DNA of 63,966 nt, the filler included, from a bacterium (GTDB lineage: Bacteria; JALSQH01): NCBI GenBank assembly GCA_026985515.1. It is 7 parts of 7 records of this genome, joined end to end, with 100 filler letters (N's around TTAATTAATTAA, not from the genome) between each part and the next. Parts side by side here need not be neighbours in the genome. Positions count along the whole stretch, not along the records: positions 1 to 13,782 come from JALSQH010000103.1; 6 more parts are not named here. One strand, written 5' to 3'. A program made the translations under genes and the position numbers. Shown one piece after another: positions 1 through 9,733 of this stretch (position 1 is its first letter; each line of letters opens with the position of its first letter). The notes under the pieces were generated by a model that did not search any database, was not told the DNA's origin, and was given only the letters and a program-made list of their open reading frames with translations.

Positions 1-324
1 CCTGAACTCACTTTTTCTGCTGCTTATAAATTAAAGAGTTACACAGAGTACAACAAAAACATTGATTCTGGAATTGACAGGAATCAAAACCTCTTTATGC
101 TCTCGGTCAAGTATCAGCCAAAGGACTATATTAACTTTCAGTGGATAGCTCTTTTCAGAAGAGACGACAAATCATTTTTCTCATTACCCTTTATTTCCTA
201 CAGTTTGATTGACGATTTTACAGTGACTGCAGGTGCAGTACTTTTCTATGGGAGGGAGGATAGTGAATTCGGTAAAATGAGGGATTACAGCAACCTTTTG
301 GTGGAAATAAAAGGAAGTTTTTAA
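1..324 (+). CDS. C-terminal part of a probable outer-membrane beta-barrel protein (5' end outside the window)
   Basis: Frame 1 is open from base 1 (PELTFSAAYK...). It has alternating beta-strand patterns and ends in a BamA-type terminal Phe (LLVEIKGSF). Confidence 0.6.
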   Translation, partial: PELTFSAAYKLKSYTEYNKNIDSGIDRNQNLFMLSVKYQPKDYINFQWIALFRRDDKSFFSLPFISYSLIDDFTVTAGAVLFYGREDSEFGKMRDYSNLLVEIKGSF

Positions 325-377
325 AACTATTGTTTAAAACTATAAAAAAATATAATATAGTTAAGAGGAGATCAATC

Positions 378-1193
378 ATGAAAATTAAGAAATTATTTTT
401 TTATTTAACTATCTTGTCATTCTTCTCTGCTATAGAGTTACGAGCTTCTTTTCAATGCAATGATGACTTTATAGTTATGCCTGAGAAGAACACCTTTCAA
501 AAACAACTGGATACCATTTTAAATAAAATTAAAAACAAACCTGTAACTATCAGTGATGATTGTAAGATTGGAATTTTAACAACATATCTGGCACAATTCT
601 ACTTAATAGATCGTAATTTTTCCAAAGCATTATCAATTTCCCGGATCGGCCTTAAATATATAAACATGGCTTTGAAATCTGATCCGAATAATGAATCTTT
701 GTTATATTGGAAAATAATGCTTTTAACAATTACACCTATAACATCAGGACCATTAAAAGCAATCAATACAATTAAAGAAATTAAATTACTGATAGAACAA
801 CAATTAAAAGCAGACCCTGAAAGTAAATTCAGAGATGGTGCCTGGTTGAGAGTATATGGAAGATTATATTTATTGGCTCCTCCATTTCCCTTAGGGTATG
901 GTGATCCTTATAAAGGAATAAATTATATAAAAAGAAGCATTAAACTATATCCCAACAACATAATCAATAACTTCCTCCTTGCTATTGGTTATGCTTTAAC
1001 AGGGGATAAAATAAAGGCAAGAGAGGAAGCAAAAAAGGTTTCATATTTTCTATCAGTGAACAACAAATATAAGTATCATTCATTCCTGAAAAAAGCAAAC
1101 GAAAACCTGCTAATGTTATTAAATTCTAAAGGGAAAATAATAAGAAATAAGACAATAGTGCAAAAGGTGATTTCATATATGTTGTTTTTTTGA
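378..1193 (+). CDS. Secreted TPR-like protein, TatT/BstC-like (paralogue 1)
   Basis: SD GAGGAG precedes ATG 378; signal peptide; motif DGAWLRVYGRLYLLAPPFPLGYGD..KG..Y..RSIKLYP, shared with 1970..2773 and 35220..36044. Confidence 0.65.
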   Translation: MKIKKLFFYLTILSFFSAIELRASFQCNDDFIVMPEKNTFQKQLDTILNKIKNKPVTISDDCKIGILTTYLAQFYLIDRNFSKALSISRIGLKYINMALKSDPNNESLLYWKIMLLTITPITSGPLKAINTIKEIKLLIEQQLKADPESKFRDGAWLRVYGRLYLLAPPFPLGYGDPYKGINYIKRSIKLYPNNIINNFLLAIGYALTGDKIKAREEAKKVSYFLSVNNKYKYHSFLKKANENLLMLLNSKGKIIRNKTIVQKVISYMLFF

Positions 1194-1239
1194 GACAATT
1201 TGCTTAAAAAAGTGTATAATATAAATTAAAGATGAAAAA

Positions 1240-1545
1240 ATGGATATTGTTTATTCCATCAACAATGTGCCAATAAGACTCACGGAAGAAAGGTGGATCC
1301 ATATTGTAGAAAACCATGATGATCTTGCTGGATATTATGAAGAAGTCTTAAAAACTGTAGAAGAACCAGACTATATAATCAAGGGGTATAAAGGTGCACT
1401 TATTGCTTTAAGAAAAATAAAAAACAAGTTTCTGGCTGTAGTTTACAAAGAACTAAAACAAAATGATGGTTTTATCATTACAGCTTATTTTACAGGAAAA
1501 ATCAAACTTAATAGGGAGGCAATTATATGGCGAAGGAAACATTAA
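1240..1545 (+). CDS. Putative toxin of a type II TA-like pair (DUF4258/BECR-RelE-like fold)
   Basis: 101 aa; IRLTEERWxHI..H and DGFIITAYF motifs; overlaps the downstream DUF2283 gene. Confidence 0.65.
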   Translation: MDIVYSINNVPIRLTEERWIHIVENHDDLAGYYEEVLKTVEEPDYIIKGYKGALIALRKIKNKFLAVVYKELKQNDGFIITAYFTGKIKLNREAIIWRRKH

Positions 1546-1787
1546 GCGACGAATTAATTAAAGAAATATTCAAAGTAATCCCTTCACTTCTCAAATTACC
1601 AAACAGAAAAATGTGGATTGACTATGACAGGGATGCAGATGTGTTATACATAAGTTTTAAACGTCCTCAAAAGGCAACAGATTCAGAAATGACTAAAGAT
1701 GGGATACTCTTAAGATATAAAGGTGATAAACTTGTTGGAATAACTATTCTTGATGTATCCAGGAGAAGTACCAACTTATCAGATTAA
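1527..1787 (+). CDS. DUF2283 family protein (putative antitoxin)
   Basis: YDRDADVLYISF...LVGITILD is the DUF2283 pattern; SD GGGAGG upstream. Confidence 0.8.
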   Translation: MAKETLSDELIKEIFKVIPSLLKLPNRKMWIDYDRDADVLYISFKRPQKATDSEMTKDGILLRYKGDKLVGITILDVSRRSTNLSD

Positions 1788-1790
1788 GTT

Positions 1791-1922
1791 ACACCCAAAA
1801 TCTCAATAAACATACCTGATATTCTGCTGTCACCCTGAGAATGACAGCAGGTAAGGTGCTGATTTATAGGGATAAAAAGGCAGGCGGTAGACTAAGCAGG
1901 TTTCTATTTGAGAATTTGGGAT
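1791..1922 (+). repeat. Dispersed structured repeat, copy A (MITE/REP-like or ncRNA)
   Basis: Hairpin CTGCTGTCA-N9-TGACAGCAG at 1824-1850; imperfect terminal inverted repeats CCCAAAATCTCAA / TTGAGAATTTGGG; 1829-1919 aligns by hand to the reverse complement of 33461-33549. Confidence 0.7.
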
Positions 1923-1933
1923 AAGAGTACCTA

Positions 1934-1962
1934 TTGACATATTCCTCATCTTCCACTATCTT
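1934..1962 (+). promoter_or_regulatory. sigma70 promoter, probably giving a leaderless transcript
   Basis: TTGACA-N17-TATCTT; ATG 1970 follows after 7 nt; no SD. Confidence 0.65.
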
Positions 1963-1969
1963 ATTTTAC

Positions 1970-2773
1970 ATGATGGGGAAAAAGAACATTGGATTTGTTT
2001 TTTTCATCTTCGCTTTATTCTCTTTTCCGCTTTTTTCCTCTCCTTTCTATGTGGAACAGTTACCTCCTGAGGAGAGAAATCTCTGGGACCACAGGGATGA
2101 TTTGAAAAATACCGAAAAACTATTCACGATTCTCTCAAACAGATACGCAGCTGGTGATACTTCTGAATCGCTTCTGATTCTCCTGCCACGTTTATCCTTC
2201 TGGTATGTTGAAAATTTGATGGACCGTGGAGTTAAAGATAAGGAGCAGCTTCTCAAAATAGCAGATGTAGGAATAAAAGCAGGCGAAAAATGTATGAAAC
2301 TCTATTCCGATGAACCCGGATGCTATTTCTGGTATGTGGTTACTCTCTCAAGGGCACAGTCTATAAAAGGAGTTTCAATAAGCACAATCTCTCTTCTTTC
2401 AAAAATGCAGAGGTTAATGGAAAAAGTTGATAAGATGGACCCTGACTACTTCTATGGGGGAACTTACAGATACCGGGGGAGAGTTATTTACGAGGTACCG
2501 TGGATTGTAAGAAAAGTAGCAGGACATTCGCTTCAGGAGGCGGTCGATTATTACAGGAAGGCTGAAAAAGTGGCTCCATATTTCTTCATGACCCATGTTT
2601 ATCTTGCAGAAGTGTACATAAAGATGAAAAAATACAAACTGGCAAGAAAAGAATTAGAATTCGTAATAAGGACACCGGTAAACAAAATACCCAATGTTAT
2701 CCCAGAAAATAAAAGATGGAAGAGAAAAGCTCTGGAGCTGAAGAAAAAGTACTACTCCCTTCTCTATGAATAA
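1970..2773 (+). CDS. Secreted TPR-like protein, TatT/BstC-like (paralogue 2)
   Basis: Signal peptide; DPDYFYGGTYRYRGRVIYEVP...AVDYYRKA..VAP....HVYLAEVY. The ORF-track TTG at 1934 is the -35 box. Confidence 0.7.
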   Translation: MMGKKNIGFVFFIFALFSFPLFSSPFYVEQLPPEERNLWDHRDDLKNTEKLFTILSNRYAAGDTSESLLILLPRLSFWYVENLMDRGVKDKEQLLKIADVGIKAGEKCMKLYSDEPGCYFWYVVTLSRAQSIKGVSISTISLLSKMQRLMEKVDKMDPDYFYGGTYRYRGRVIYEVPWIVRKVAGHSLQEAVDYYRKAEKVAPYFFMTHVYLAEVYIKMKKYKLARKELEFVIRTPVNKIPNVIPENKRWKRKALELKKKYYSLLYE

Positions 2774-2776
2774 CCT

Positions 2777-3301
2777 TTAAAGCCCAGAGTGTTTCTCCGC
2801 CAGCTCTGCATAGTGAAGAGCAGATGCTTTAAACTCCTCAATTTCTTTATCGGTCAGATCCCTTACAACCTTTCCAGGAGTCCCCATAATGAGGACTCCA
2901 GAGGGATAGCTTTTATTGGGTGGTATAAGAGTGCCAGCAGCAATTATGGTGTAATCAGAAATGTGAACATTGTCTAAAATTATGGCTCCCATTCCCACAA
3001 GAACATAATTTCCAATTTCTGCACCATGAATCATCACCCTGTGACCAACTGTAACAAAATCACCGATCACCGTTGGATACTTTGCTGTGGTAACATGAAT
3101 CATGCTGAGATCCTGAATGTTGGTAAAGCGACCAATCTTTATGTAATTTACATCTCCTCTCACAACGCAGTTATACCAGATACTGCTCTTCTCCCCAACT
3201 TTCACATCTCCTATCACATATGCACCTGGAGCAATGAAAACATCGGGGTGAAGCTGGGGCTTCACCCCTTCAAATTCAAGAATTTGCCCTTTAACTTTCA
3301 T
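2777..3301 (-). CDS. Gamma-carbonic anhydrase family / hexapeptide-repeat protein
   Basis: IGDV, VRGDVN, TNIQD, and metal-binding His in IHVT, VGH and IHG. Confidence 0.9.
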   Translation of the reverse strand: MKVKGQILEFEGVKPQLHPDVFIAPGAYVIGDVKVGEKSSIWYNCVVRGDVNYIKIGRFTNIQDLSMIHVTTAKYPTVIGDFVTVGHRVMIHGAEIGNYVLVGMGAIILDNVHISDYTIIAAGTLIPPNKSYPSGVLIMGTPGKVVRDLTDKEIEEFKASALHYAELAEKHSGL

Positions 3302-5948
3302 GTCTTATGGCAGCCTGTGCAGCAGCAAGTCTTGCTATGGGTACTCTGTACGGCGAACAACTCACATAGTTCAAGCCCACTGTGTGGAAGAAATCAATGG
3401 AATCTGGATCCCCACCATGCTCGCCACAGATTCCCAGTTTTATCTGAGGATTCACCTTTCTCCCCTTCTCTGCAGCAATTTTAACAAGCTGACCCACACC
3501 ATTAACATCTATGGTCATAAATGGATCTCTGGTAATAATCTCTCCCTCAATATACTTTTTCAGAAACTTTCCTGCATCATCCCTGCTTATACCAAGAGTT
3601 GTTTGAGTGAGGTCATTGGTTCCAAAGCTGAAGAATTCTGCAATTTCACCAATTTCGTCGGCAGTAAGAGCAGCCCTTGGTAATTCTATCATAGTTCCTA
3701 TTTTGTAAGGTACCTCAACTCCATATTTTTCAAAGACCCTCTTTGCTATCCCGGGTATCCTATCTTTAAAGAATTGAAGTTCTTTTTTGAATCCCACCAG
3801 AGGAATCATTATTTCAGGAAAAACTTCATATCCCTCTTTCTTAAGTTCACAGGCGGCCTCAAAAATTGCCTCAACCTGCATGTCGTAAATCTCGGGGAAT
3901 GTTATACCCAGTCTGCATCCCCTGTGCCCCAGCATGGGGTTAAACTCCCTGAGAGATTCTGCCTTTTCTTTGAGTTCCTTTGCACTCTTACCAATCTTGC
4001 TGGCAAGTTCCTCAATCTCCTCATCGGTATTGGGCAGAAACTCATGAAGTGGTGGGTCAAGCAACCTTATTGTAACCGGCAGGCCCTCCATAACCTTCAG
4101 AATACCATAAAAGTCGCTCTTCTGATACTCCTTCAATTTAGCCAGTGCATTCTGAAGATCCTCTTCATTATCAGCAAGGATCATCTGCCTCACTGCATCT
4201 ATCCTGTCTCCTTCAAAAAACATATGCTCGGTTCTGCATAATCCGATTCCTTCTGCACCAAATTTTCTCGCCACTTCAGAATCATGTGGAGTATCGGCAT
4301 TTGTTCTGACCCCAAGTTTCCTGTACTTATCAGCCATTTCCATCAATCTGCCAAAATAACCACCAAGTTCAGGCTCCACCATGGGAACCTGTCCCAGCAT
4401 CACCTCTCCCGTTGAACCATCAATTGTGATCCAGTCTCCTTTTTTCACAACAACTCCATCTTTTCCAGTAAACTTTTCCTCCTCATAATCAATCGTTATG
4501 TCACCGCATCCGACAACACATGCCTTACCCATCCCCCTTGCAACAACAGCAGCGTGACTTGTCATTCCACCCCTTGCAGTAAGAATTCCCTGGGCTGCAT
4601 TCATCCCTTTAATATCTTCAGGACTTGTTTCAATCCTCACCAGAATAACCTTTTCACCCTTCTCTGCCAGTTTTTCCGCTTCTTCTGCACTAAAAACCAC
4701 TTTACCGGTAGCTGCACCGGGAGAAGCGGGTAAACCAACACCTATAACCTTTTTGGGAGCTTTTGGATCTATCATGGGATGTAAAAGCTGATCAAGGGAA
4801 GAAGGATCTATTCTCATTATGGCTGTTTTTTCATCTATTAATCCTTCATCAACCATATCAACCGCAATTCTAACAGCGGCCCTTGCAGTCCTTTTACCCG
4901 TCCTGGTCTGTAACATCCAGAGCTTCATTTTTTCAATTGTAAATTCCATATCCTGCATATCTTTAAAATGATTCTCCAGGATCTCTGCAATTCTGACCAG
5001 TTCCTTATAAACATCGGGGAACTTTGCCTCGAGAGATTCATCTCCTCCCTCTTCCCTCGAAATAGGAATTGGCGTTCTGATGCCTGCCACCACATCTTCA
5101 CCCTGAGCATTGGGGAGATACTCTCCAAATATTCCCTTCTCACCTGTGGATGGATTTCTGGTAAATGCCACCCCGGTTCCACTGTCGTCACCAAGGTTAC
5201 CAAACACCATTGCAACAATATTTACTGCGGTTCCCAGATCATCAGGAATGTTATTTATTTTTCTGTACACAATTGCCCTTTCATTATTCCAGCTTCCAAA
5301 AACTGCACCTATTGCCTCCCACAATTGATCCCATGGATCCTGGGGAAAATCTTTTCCGGCCAGCTCCTTCACCCTTTCTTTTAGTATTTCAACAAGTTTT
5401 TTCAGATCCTCAGCGTCAAGTTCGGTGTCAAGCTCAACCCCCTTTTCCTCTTTCATCTTCTCAAGGGGCTCTTCAAGTTTTGACGCCTCTATCCCCATAA
5501 CAACATTACCAAACATCTGGATAAATCTTCTGTAACTGTCAAAAGCAAATCTTTCATTATTTGCCATCTTTGCAAGACCCCAGACAGTCTTATCATTTAA
5601 CCCGAGGTTAAGAACCGTATCCATCATCCCGGGCATACTGACGGGGGCACCAGACCTCACAGACACAAGAAGTGGGGCTTCCTCAGATCCAAATTTTCTT
5701 CCAATTATCTCTTCAATTTTTCTCATCCCTTCTTCAACCTGGGTCTTCAGCTCAGGAGGATAACTTCTGTTGTGCTGATAAAAATATGTACATACTTCAG
5801 TGGTAATGGTGAAACCCGGTGGTACCGGCAAGCCAATATTCGTCATCTCCGCCAGATTAGCACCTTTCCCTCCAAGAAGATTTTTCATTTCTGCATTACC
5901 GTCAGCCTTCCCATTCCCAAAGAAATAAACATATTTTTTCTCTGCCAC
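3291..5948 (-). CDS. ppdK: Pyruvate, phosphate dikinase
   Basis: GGKGANLAEM, GGMTSHAAVVARG (phospho-His), GIGLCRTEHMF, FSFGTNDLTQ; GTG 5948 follows SD AGGAGG. Confidence 0.97.
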   Translation of the reverse strand: MAEKKYVYFFGNGKADGNAEMKNLLGGKGANLAEMTNIGLPVPPGFTITTEVCTYFYQHNRSYPPELKTQVEEGMRKIEEIIGRKFGSEEAPLLVSVRSGAPVSMPGMMDTVLNLGLNDKTVWGLAKMANNERFAFDSYRRFIQMFGNVVMGIEASKLEEPLEKMKEEKGVELDTELDAEDLKKLVEILKERVKELAGKDFPQDPWDQLWEAIGAVFGSWNNERAIVYRKINNIPDDLGTAVNIVAMVFGNLGDDSGTGVAFTRNPSTGEKGIFGEYLPNAQGEDVVAGIRTPIPISREEGGDESLEAKFPDVYKELVRIAEILENHFKDMQDMEFTIEKMKLWMLQTRTGKRTARAAVRIAVDMVDEGLIDEKTAIMRIDPSSLDQLLHPMIDPKAPKKVIGVGLPASPGAATGKVVFSAEEAEKLAEKGEKVILVRIETSPEDIKGMNAAQGILTARGGMTSHAAVVARGMGKACVVGCGDITIDYEEEKFTGKDGVVVKKGDWITIDGSTGEVMLGQVPMVEPELGGYFGRLMEMADKYRKLGVRTNADTPHDSEVARKFGAEGIGLCRTEHMFFEGDRIDAVRQMILADNEEDLQNALAKLKEYQKSDFYGILKVMEGLPVTIRLLDPPLHEFLPNTDEEIEELASKIGKSAKELKEKAESLREFNPMLGHRGCRLGITFPEIYDMQVEAIFEAACELKKEGYEVFPEIMIPLVGFKKELQFFKDRIPGIAKRVFEKYGVEVPYKIGTMIELPRAALTADEIGEIAEFFSFGTNDLTQTTLGISRDDAGKFLKKYIEGEIITRDPFMTIDVNGVGQLVKIAAEKGRKVNPQIKLGICGEHGGDPDSIDFFHTVGLNYVSCSPYRVPIARLAAAQAAIRHES

Positions 5949-5962
5949 CTTTTCCCTCCTTT

Positions 5963-8050
5963 TCACGATATGATTTGTGAAAAATCAGCCATTTTTCTAA
6001 ATTCTCTGCTTATGAAATATAAAAGTGAAAGCCTGTTATTTCTTATCTTCTCATCTTCACTCATAACAAGAACATCATCAAAAAATTTATCAATAAAAGG
6101 TTTCAAAAGCAATATTTCCTCCATGGCCTTTTTGAAATTCAGCTGCTCCATTGATTGTGAGAAAGATTTCTGGAATTTTTTAAATTCTTCCCACAGCTTC
6201 CTTTCAGATTCTTCAACTAAAAGTTCCTCAGAAAAATCATTAACAGCTGGAGTCTGGCCTTTGAGAATATTCAGAACCCTTTTATATGCAATTGAAAGAT
6301 CTCTGAAATCTTCTCTTTCCACAAACTCGTTAATGGCTTTAATCTTTAGAAAAACCAGATATGGATCTGAGAATTCCACACTGCTGACAGCTCTGATTAT
6401 ATCTTTTCTTATTCCCCTTTCAGCCAGTATGTTTTCAAACCTCACAAGAAAGAAATCTATAATTTCCTCTTTTATCTTTTCAGGTTCCTTACCCCTTACT
6501 TTTTTATCCTTCCCAGCTAACTCCATGAGTCTCTCAAAAGGAATTTCTATTAATTCGGAGAGATTGAGAAAAATTTCCTTTTCTATCAATATGGTAATAA
6601 CACCAATGGCTGCTCTTCGCAGACCAAAGGGATCCTGTCCACCAGTTACCTTAAGTCCCCCCACAAATCCCGATACAACAGTATCAATTTTGTCTGCCAG
6701 GGCAACCACTATGCCTGTTTTTCTCGAAGGAAGTTCATCACCCGCAAATCTCGGGAGATAATGTTCATAAATCCCCCAGGCGACATCCTCATCCTCTCCC
6801 TGTCGGAGTGCATACTCTTTTCCCATAACACCCTGTAATTCAGGGAATTCATAAACCATGTCAGTCAATAGATCACATTTGGAAAGGAGAGCAGTTCTGA
6901 TAATTTTTTCCCTTTCCCCTATCCAGTTCAACTTCTCGGTAATTGCTTCAGAAAGGTCTTTTATTCTCATCACCTTATCGTAAAGGGATCCCAGTTTCCT
7001 CTGGTAAGTCACACCTTTTAATTTTTCCAGAAGATCAATCAGTGGAGTTTTTAAATCCTCCCTGAAGAAAAACTCTGCATCCTCAAGGCGTGATCTGAGA
7101 ACCCTTTCATTCCCCTTAACAATTTCAGACATATCTTCAATGGGCATATTGGAAACAGTGAAAAAGTATGGAAGAAGTTTGCCATTTGAGTCACTGGCAG
7201 TAAAATACTTCTGATGATGTTCTGCAGTGGTAATTATTACTTCAGGAGGAAGGTCAAGATACTTTTCCTCAATTCTTCCCCTTACGACTCTTGGATACTC
7301 AACTAAAAAAGTTACCTCATTTAAAAGCTTTTCAGAGAGATTGATTCTGCCGTTAACTTCTGAAGCCAGTTTATTCAGCTCGTCCAGAATTATACTTTTC
7401 CTCCTTTCAACATCAACTATCACTTTTTCCCTTTCAAGAAGTTTCTCATAATCTTCTGGAGAGGAAATCTCAACATCCTTCCCGAGAAACCTGTGACCAC
7501 GGGACAATCTCCCTGACCTCACCCCTGCATATTCCAGATCAAGAACCTCATCCCCCCAGAGAGCCACGATCCACCTGATTGGTCTCGCGAAAGTGACACC
7601 TGTGGAATTCCACCTCATACTTTTGGGGAATTTTATGGAACTGATAAATCTCTTTAATGCACCTGGTAACACCTCCTTCACATCTCTGCCACCCACGACT
7701 TTCTCAATAGCCACATACTCACCTCTGGGTGTTTCAACACTCTTTATATCCTGCAGTTCAGCGGAGTTCTTTTTGAGAAAACTCTCCAGGGCTTTTGTGG
7801 GCTTCCCATTGTTGTAGGCAATCCTGACAGGAGGACCCTGTATGACAAGTTTTTCAACCCTTTGCTTCTCCCCCACATTCCTGACAATGAGGGCGATTCT
7901 TCTCGGTGTTAAAAATGTTTTTACTTCCCCAAAAACAATTAAATTTTCCCCCAGAACTTTTCCCAAATCTTCACCGATATGTCCCATCAGGTCCACAAGA
8001 AAACCGGAGGGAATCTCCTCGGTACCAATTTCAATCAGTATCTCTTTCAC
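5963..8050 (-). CDS. glyS: Glycine--tRNA ligase beta subunit
   Basis: EIGTEEIP, FARPIRW, EFPELQG, DPFGLRR; follows glyQ. Confidence 0.96.
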   Translation of the reverse strand: MKEILIEIGTEEIPSGFLVDLMGHIGEDLGKVLGENLIVFGEVKTFLTPRRIALIVRNVGEKQRVEKLVIQGPPVRIAYNNGKPTKALESFLKKNSAELQDIKSVETPRGEYVAIEKVVGGRDVKEVLPGALKRFISSIKFPKSMRWNSTGVTFARPIRWIVALWGDEVLDLEYAGVRSGRLSRGHRFLGKDVEISSPEDYEKLLEREKVIVDVERRKSIILDELNKLASEVNGRINLSEKLLNEVTFLVEYPRVVRGRIEEKYLDLPPEVIITTAEHHQKYFTASDSNGKLLPYFFTVSNMPIEDMSEIVKGNERVLRSRLEDAEFFFREDLKTPLIDLLEKLKGVTYQRKLGSLYDKVMRIKDLSEAITEKLNWIGEREKIIRTALLSKCDLLTDMVYEFPELQGVMGKEYALRQGEDEDVAWGIYEHYLPRFAGDELPSRKTGIVVALADKIDTVVSGFVGGLKVTGGQDPFGLRRAAIGVITILIEKEIFLNLSELIEIPFERLMELAGKDKKVRGKEPEKIKEEIIDFFLVRFENILAERGIRKDIIRAVSSVEFSDPYLVFLKIKAINEFVEREDFRDLSIAYKRVLNILKGQTPAVNDFSEELLVEESERKLWEEFKKFQKSFSQSMEQLNFKKAMEEILLLKPFIDKFFDDVLVMSEDEKIRNNRLSLLYFISREFRKMADFSQIIS

Positions 8051-8053
8051 CTT

Positions 8054-8923
8054 TCACTCCTTGAGCAGGGGAAAACCAAGATTTTCCCTGTGTTGGAGAT
8101 ATTTTTCAGCACAGAGTCCAGCGAGTTTCCTGACCCTCAATATGTACCGCATCCTCTCCGTTACACTGAGAGCTCCTCTCGCGTCAAGAAGGTTAAAAAC
8201 ATGGGAACTCTTCAGTGTGTAATCATAAGCAGGGAAAACAAGGTCTTTTTCAATTAATCTGAAGGCTTCTTTCTCATACATATCAAATAGTGTAAAAAGC
8301 ATCTCGGTATCTGCTTCTTCAAAATTGTATTTTGAAAATTGAACTTCAGTTTCAAGGTGAACATCACCATATTTAACTCTTTCATTCCACATTATGTCAA
8401 AAACCGATTCAACACCCTGGAGGTACATGGTAATTCTTTCCAGACCATATGTGATTTCGAGAGAAACCGGGTCAAGGTCTATTCCACCTGCCTGCTGAAA
8501 ATATGTAAACTGTGTTATCTCCATTCCATCAAGCCAAACTTCCCAGCCAAGTCCCCAGGCACCAAGGGTGGGAGACTCCCAGTCATCTTCCACAAATCTG
8601 ACATCATGTTTCTTCAAATCTATTCCAAGCGCCTCAAGACTTTCAAGGTACAGTTCCTGAGAATCTGGTGGAGCTGGTTTAATTATTACCTGAAACTGGT
8701 AGTAGTGCTGCAATCTGTTGGGATTTTCTCCATACCTCCCATCTGTGGGACGGCGTGAAGGTTCAACATAGGCAACCCTCCACGGTTCGGGACCAAGGAC
8801 TCTGAGAAATGTGGCAGGATGGAAGGTACCCGCTCCTTTTTCAAGGTCATATGGTTGCTGAATAATACAACCCTTCTGTGCCCAGAAATTCTCCAGTGTA
8901 AGAATAACATCCTGAAAATACAT
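8054..8923 (-). CDS. glyQ: Glycine--tRNA ligase alpha subunit
   Basis: [36 protein letters not shown]. Confidence 0.98.
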   Translation of the reverse strand: MYFQDVILTLENFWAQKGCIIQQPYDLEKGAGTFHPATFLRVLGPEPWRVAYVEPSRRPTDGRYGENPNRLQHYYQFQVIIKPAPPDSQELYLESLEALGIDLKKHDVRFVEDDWESPTLGAWGLGWEVWLDGMEITQFTYFQQAGGIDLDPVSLEITYGLERITMYLQGVESVFDIMWNERVKYGDVHLETEVQFSKYNFEEADTEMLFTLFDMYEKEAFRLIEKDLVFPAYDYTLKSSHVFNLLDARGALSVTERMRYILRVRKLAGLCAEKYLQHRENLGFPLLKE

Positions 8924-8928
8924 AAAAT

Positions 8929-9654
8929 TTATCTCCTGGAAGCTCCGCTTTTATCTTTCTGTAAAAGCAATTTCTCAAGTCTGGCGATTTTTCCTTCAAG
9001 TTCTGCGATTCTGTGTGAGAGTGTCTCCATCACGATCGCCTCTGGATCCGGCAGTTCATGGTGGTTGAGATCCGCTGCCCCTGGAGGAACAGGCTTTACA
9101 CCTTTTCCCATAGCCTTACCGGGAACACCAACCACAGTGGAATTGGGTGGTACATCTTTTATAACCACAGAGCCGGCTCCAACTCTGCTGTTCTCCCCTA
9201 TGACCACCGGTCCGAGAACTTTAGCTCCTGCACCAATAACAACTCTATCTTTTACAGTTGGATGCCTTTTCTCCTTTCTCCATGTTGTTCCACCGAGGGT
9301 AACTCCATGATAAATCGTAACATCGTTGCCAATCTCACTTGTTTCCCCTATGACAACTCCCATCCCATGATCAATGAAAAATCTCCTCCCTATTTTAGCA
9401 CCTGGATGAATTTCGATGCCGGTTATAAACCGGTTTATGTGGGAGAGAAATCGCGCAGTCAAGTATTTTTCTCTTACCCACAGATAATGTCCGATACGAT
9501 GCAGAAGAATGGCGTGAAAACCGGGGTAGGAAGTTAAAATTTCAGGAACGCTTTTTGCAGCAGGATCGCGCATAAAAGTTGTGTCAATATCTTCCCTGAT
9601 CCTGGTAATATTTTCCTTTATAAAAAAGATAATCTGTCTCGTCCTTTCAAACAT
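8929..9654 (-). CDS. cysE: Serine O-acetyltransferase
   Basis: [37 protein letters not shown]. Confidence 0.93.
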   Translation of the reverse strand: MFERTRQIIFFIKENITRIREDIDTTFMRDPAAKSVPEILTSYPGFHAILLHRIGHYLWVREKYLTARFLSHINRFITGIEIHPGAKIGRRFFIDHGMGVVIGETSEIGNDVTIYHGVTLGGTTWRKEKRHPTVKDRVVIGAGAKVLGPVVIGENSRVGAGSVVIKDVPPNSTVVGVPGKAMGKGVKPVPPGAADLNHHELPDPEAIVMETLSHRIAELEGKIARLEKLLLQKDKSGASRR

Positions 9655-9733
9655 TTCGGGCCATTTTTTCTAATTATTAAAACATATAAAACCTTTACTG
9701 GCAAGTTAAGAAACTGGAAAACCAGTACCCTGA

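Noticed and set aside
1851-1900. Cobalamin or other known riboswitch in the repeat
   Set aside because: No B12 box or GGGAA core, and the element lies upstream of the next gene's promoter rather than in its leader.
5772-6761. 329-aa plus-strand ORF and the many other antisense ORFs
   Set aside because: Shadow frames of well-supported genes (here glyS/ppdK), rich in S/F/L/I and without motifs.
8924-9733. T-box leader for glyQS or cysE
   Set aside because: The intergenic gaps are too short and no T-box motif is seen.
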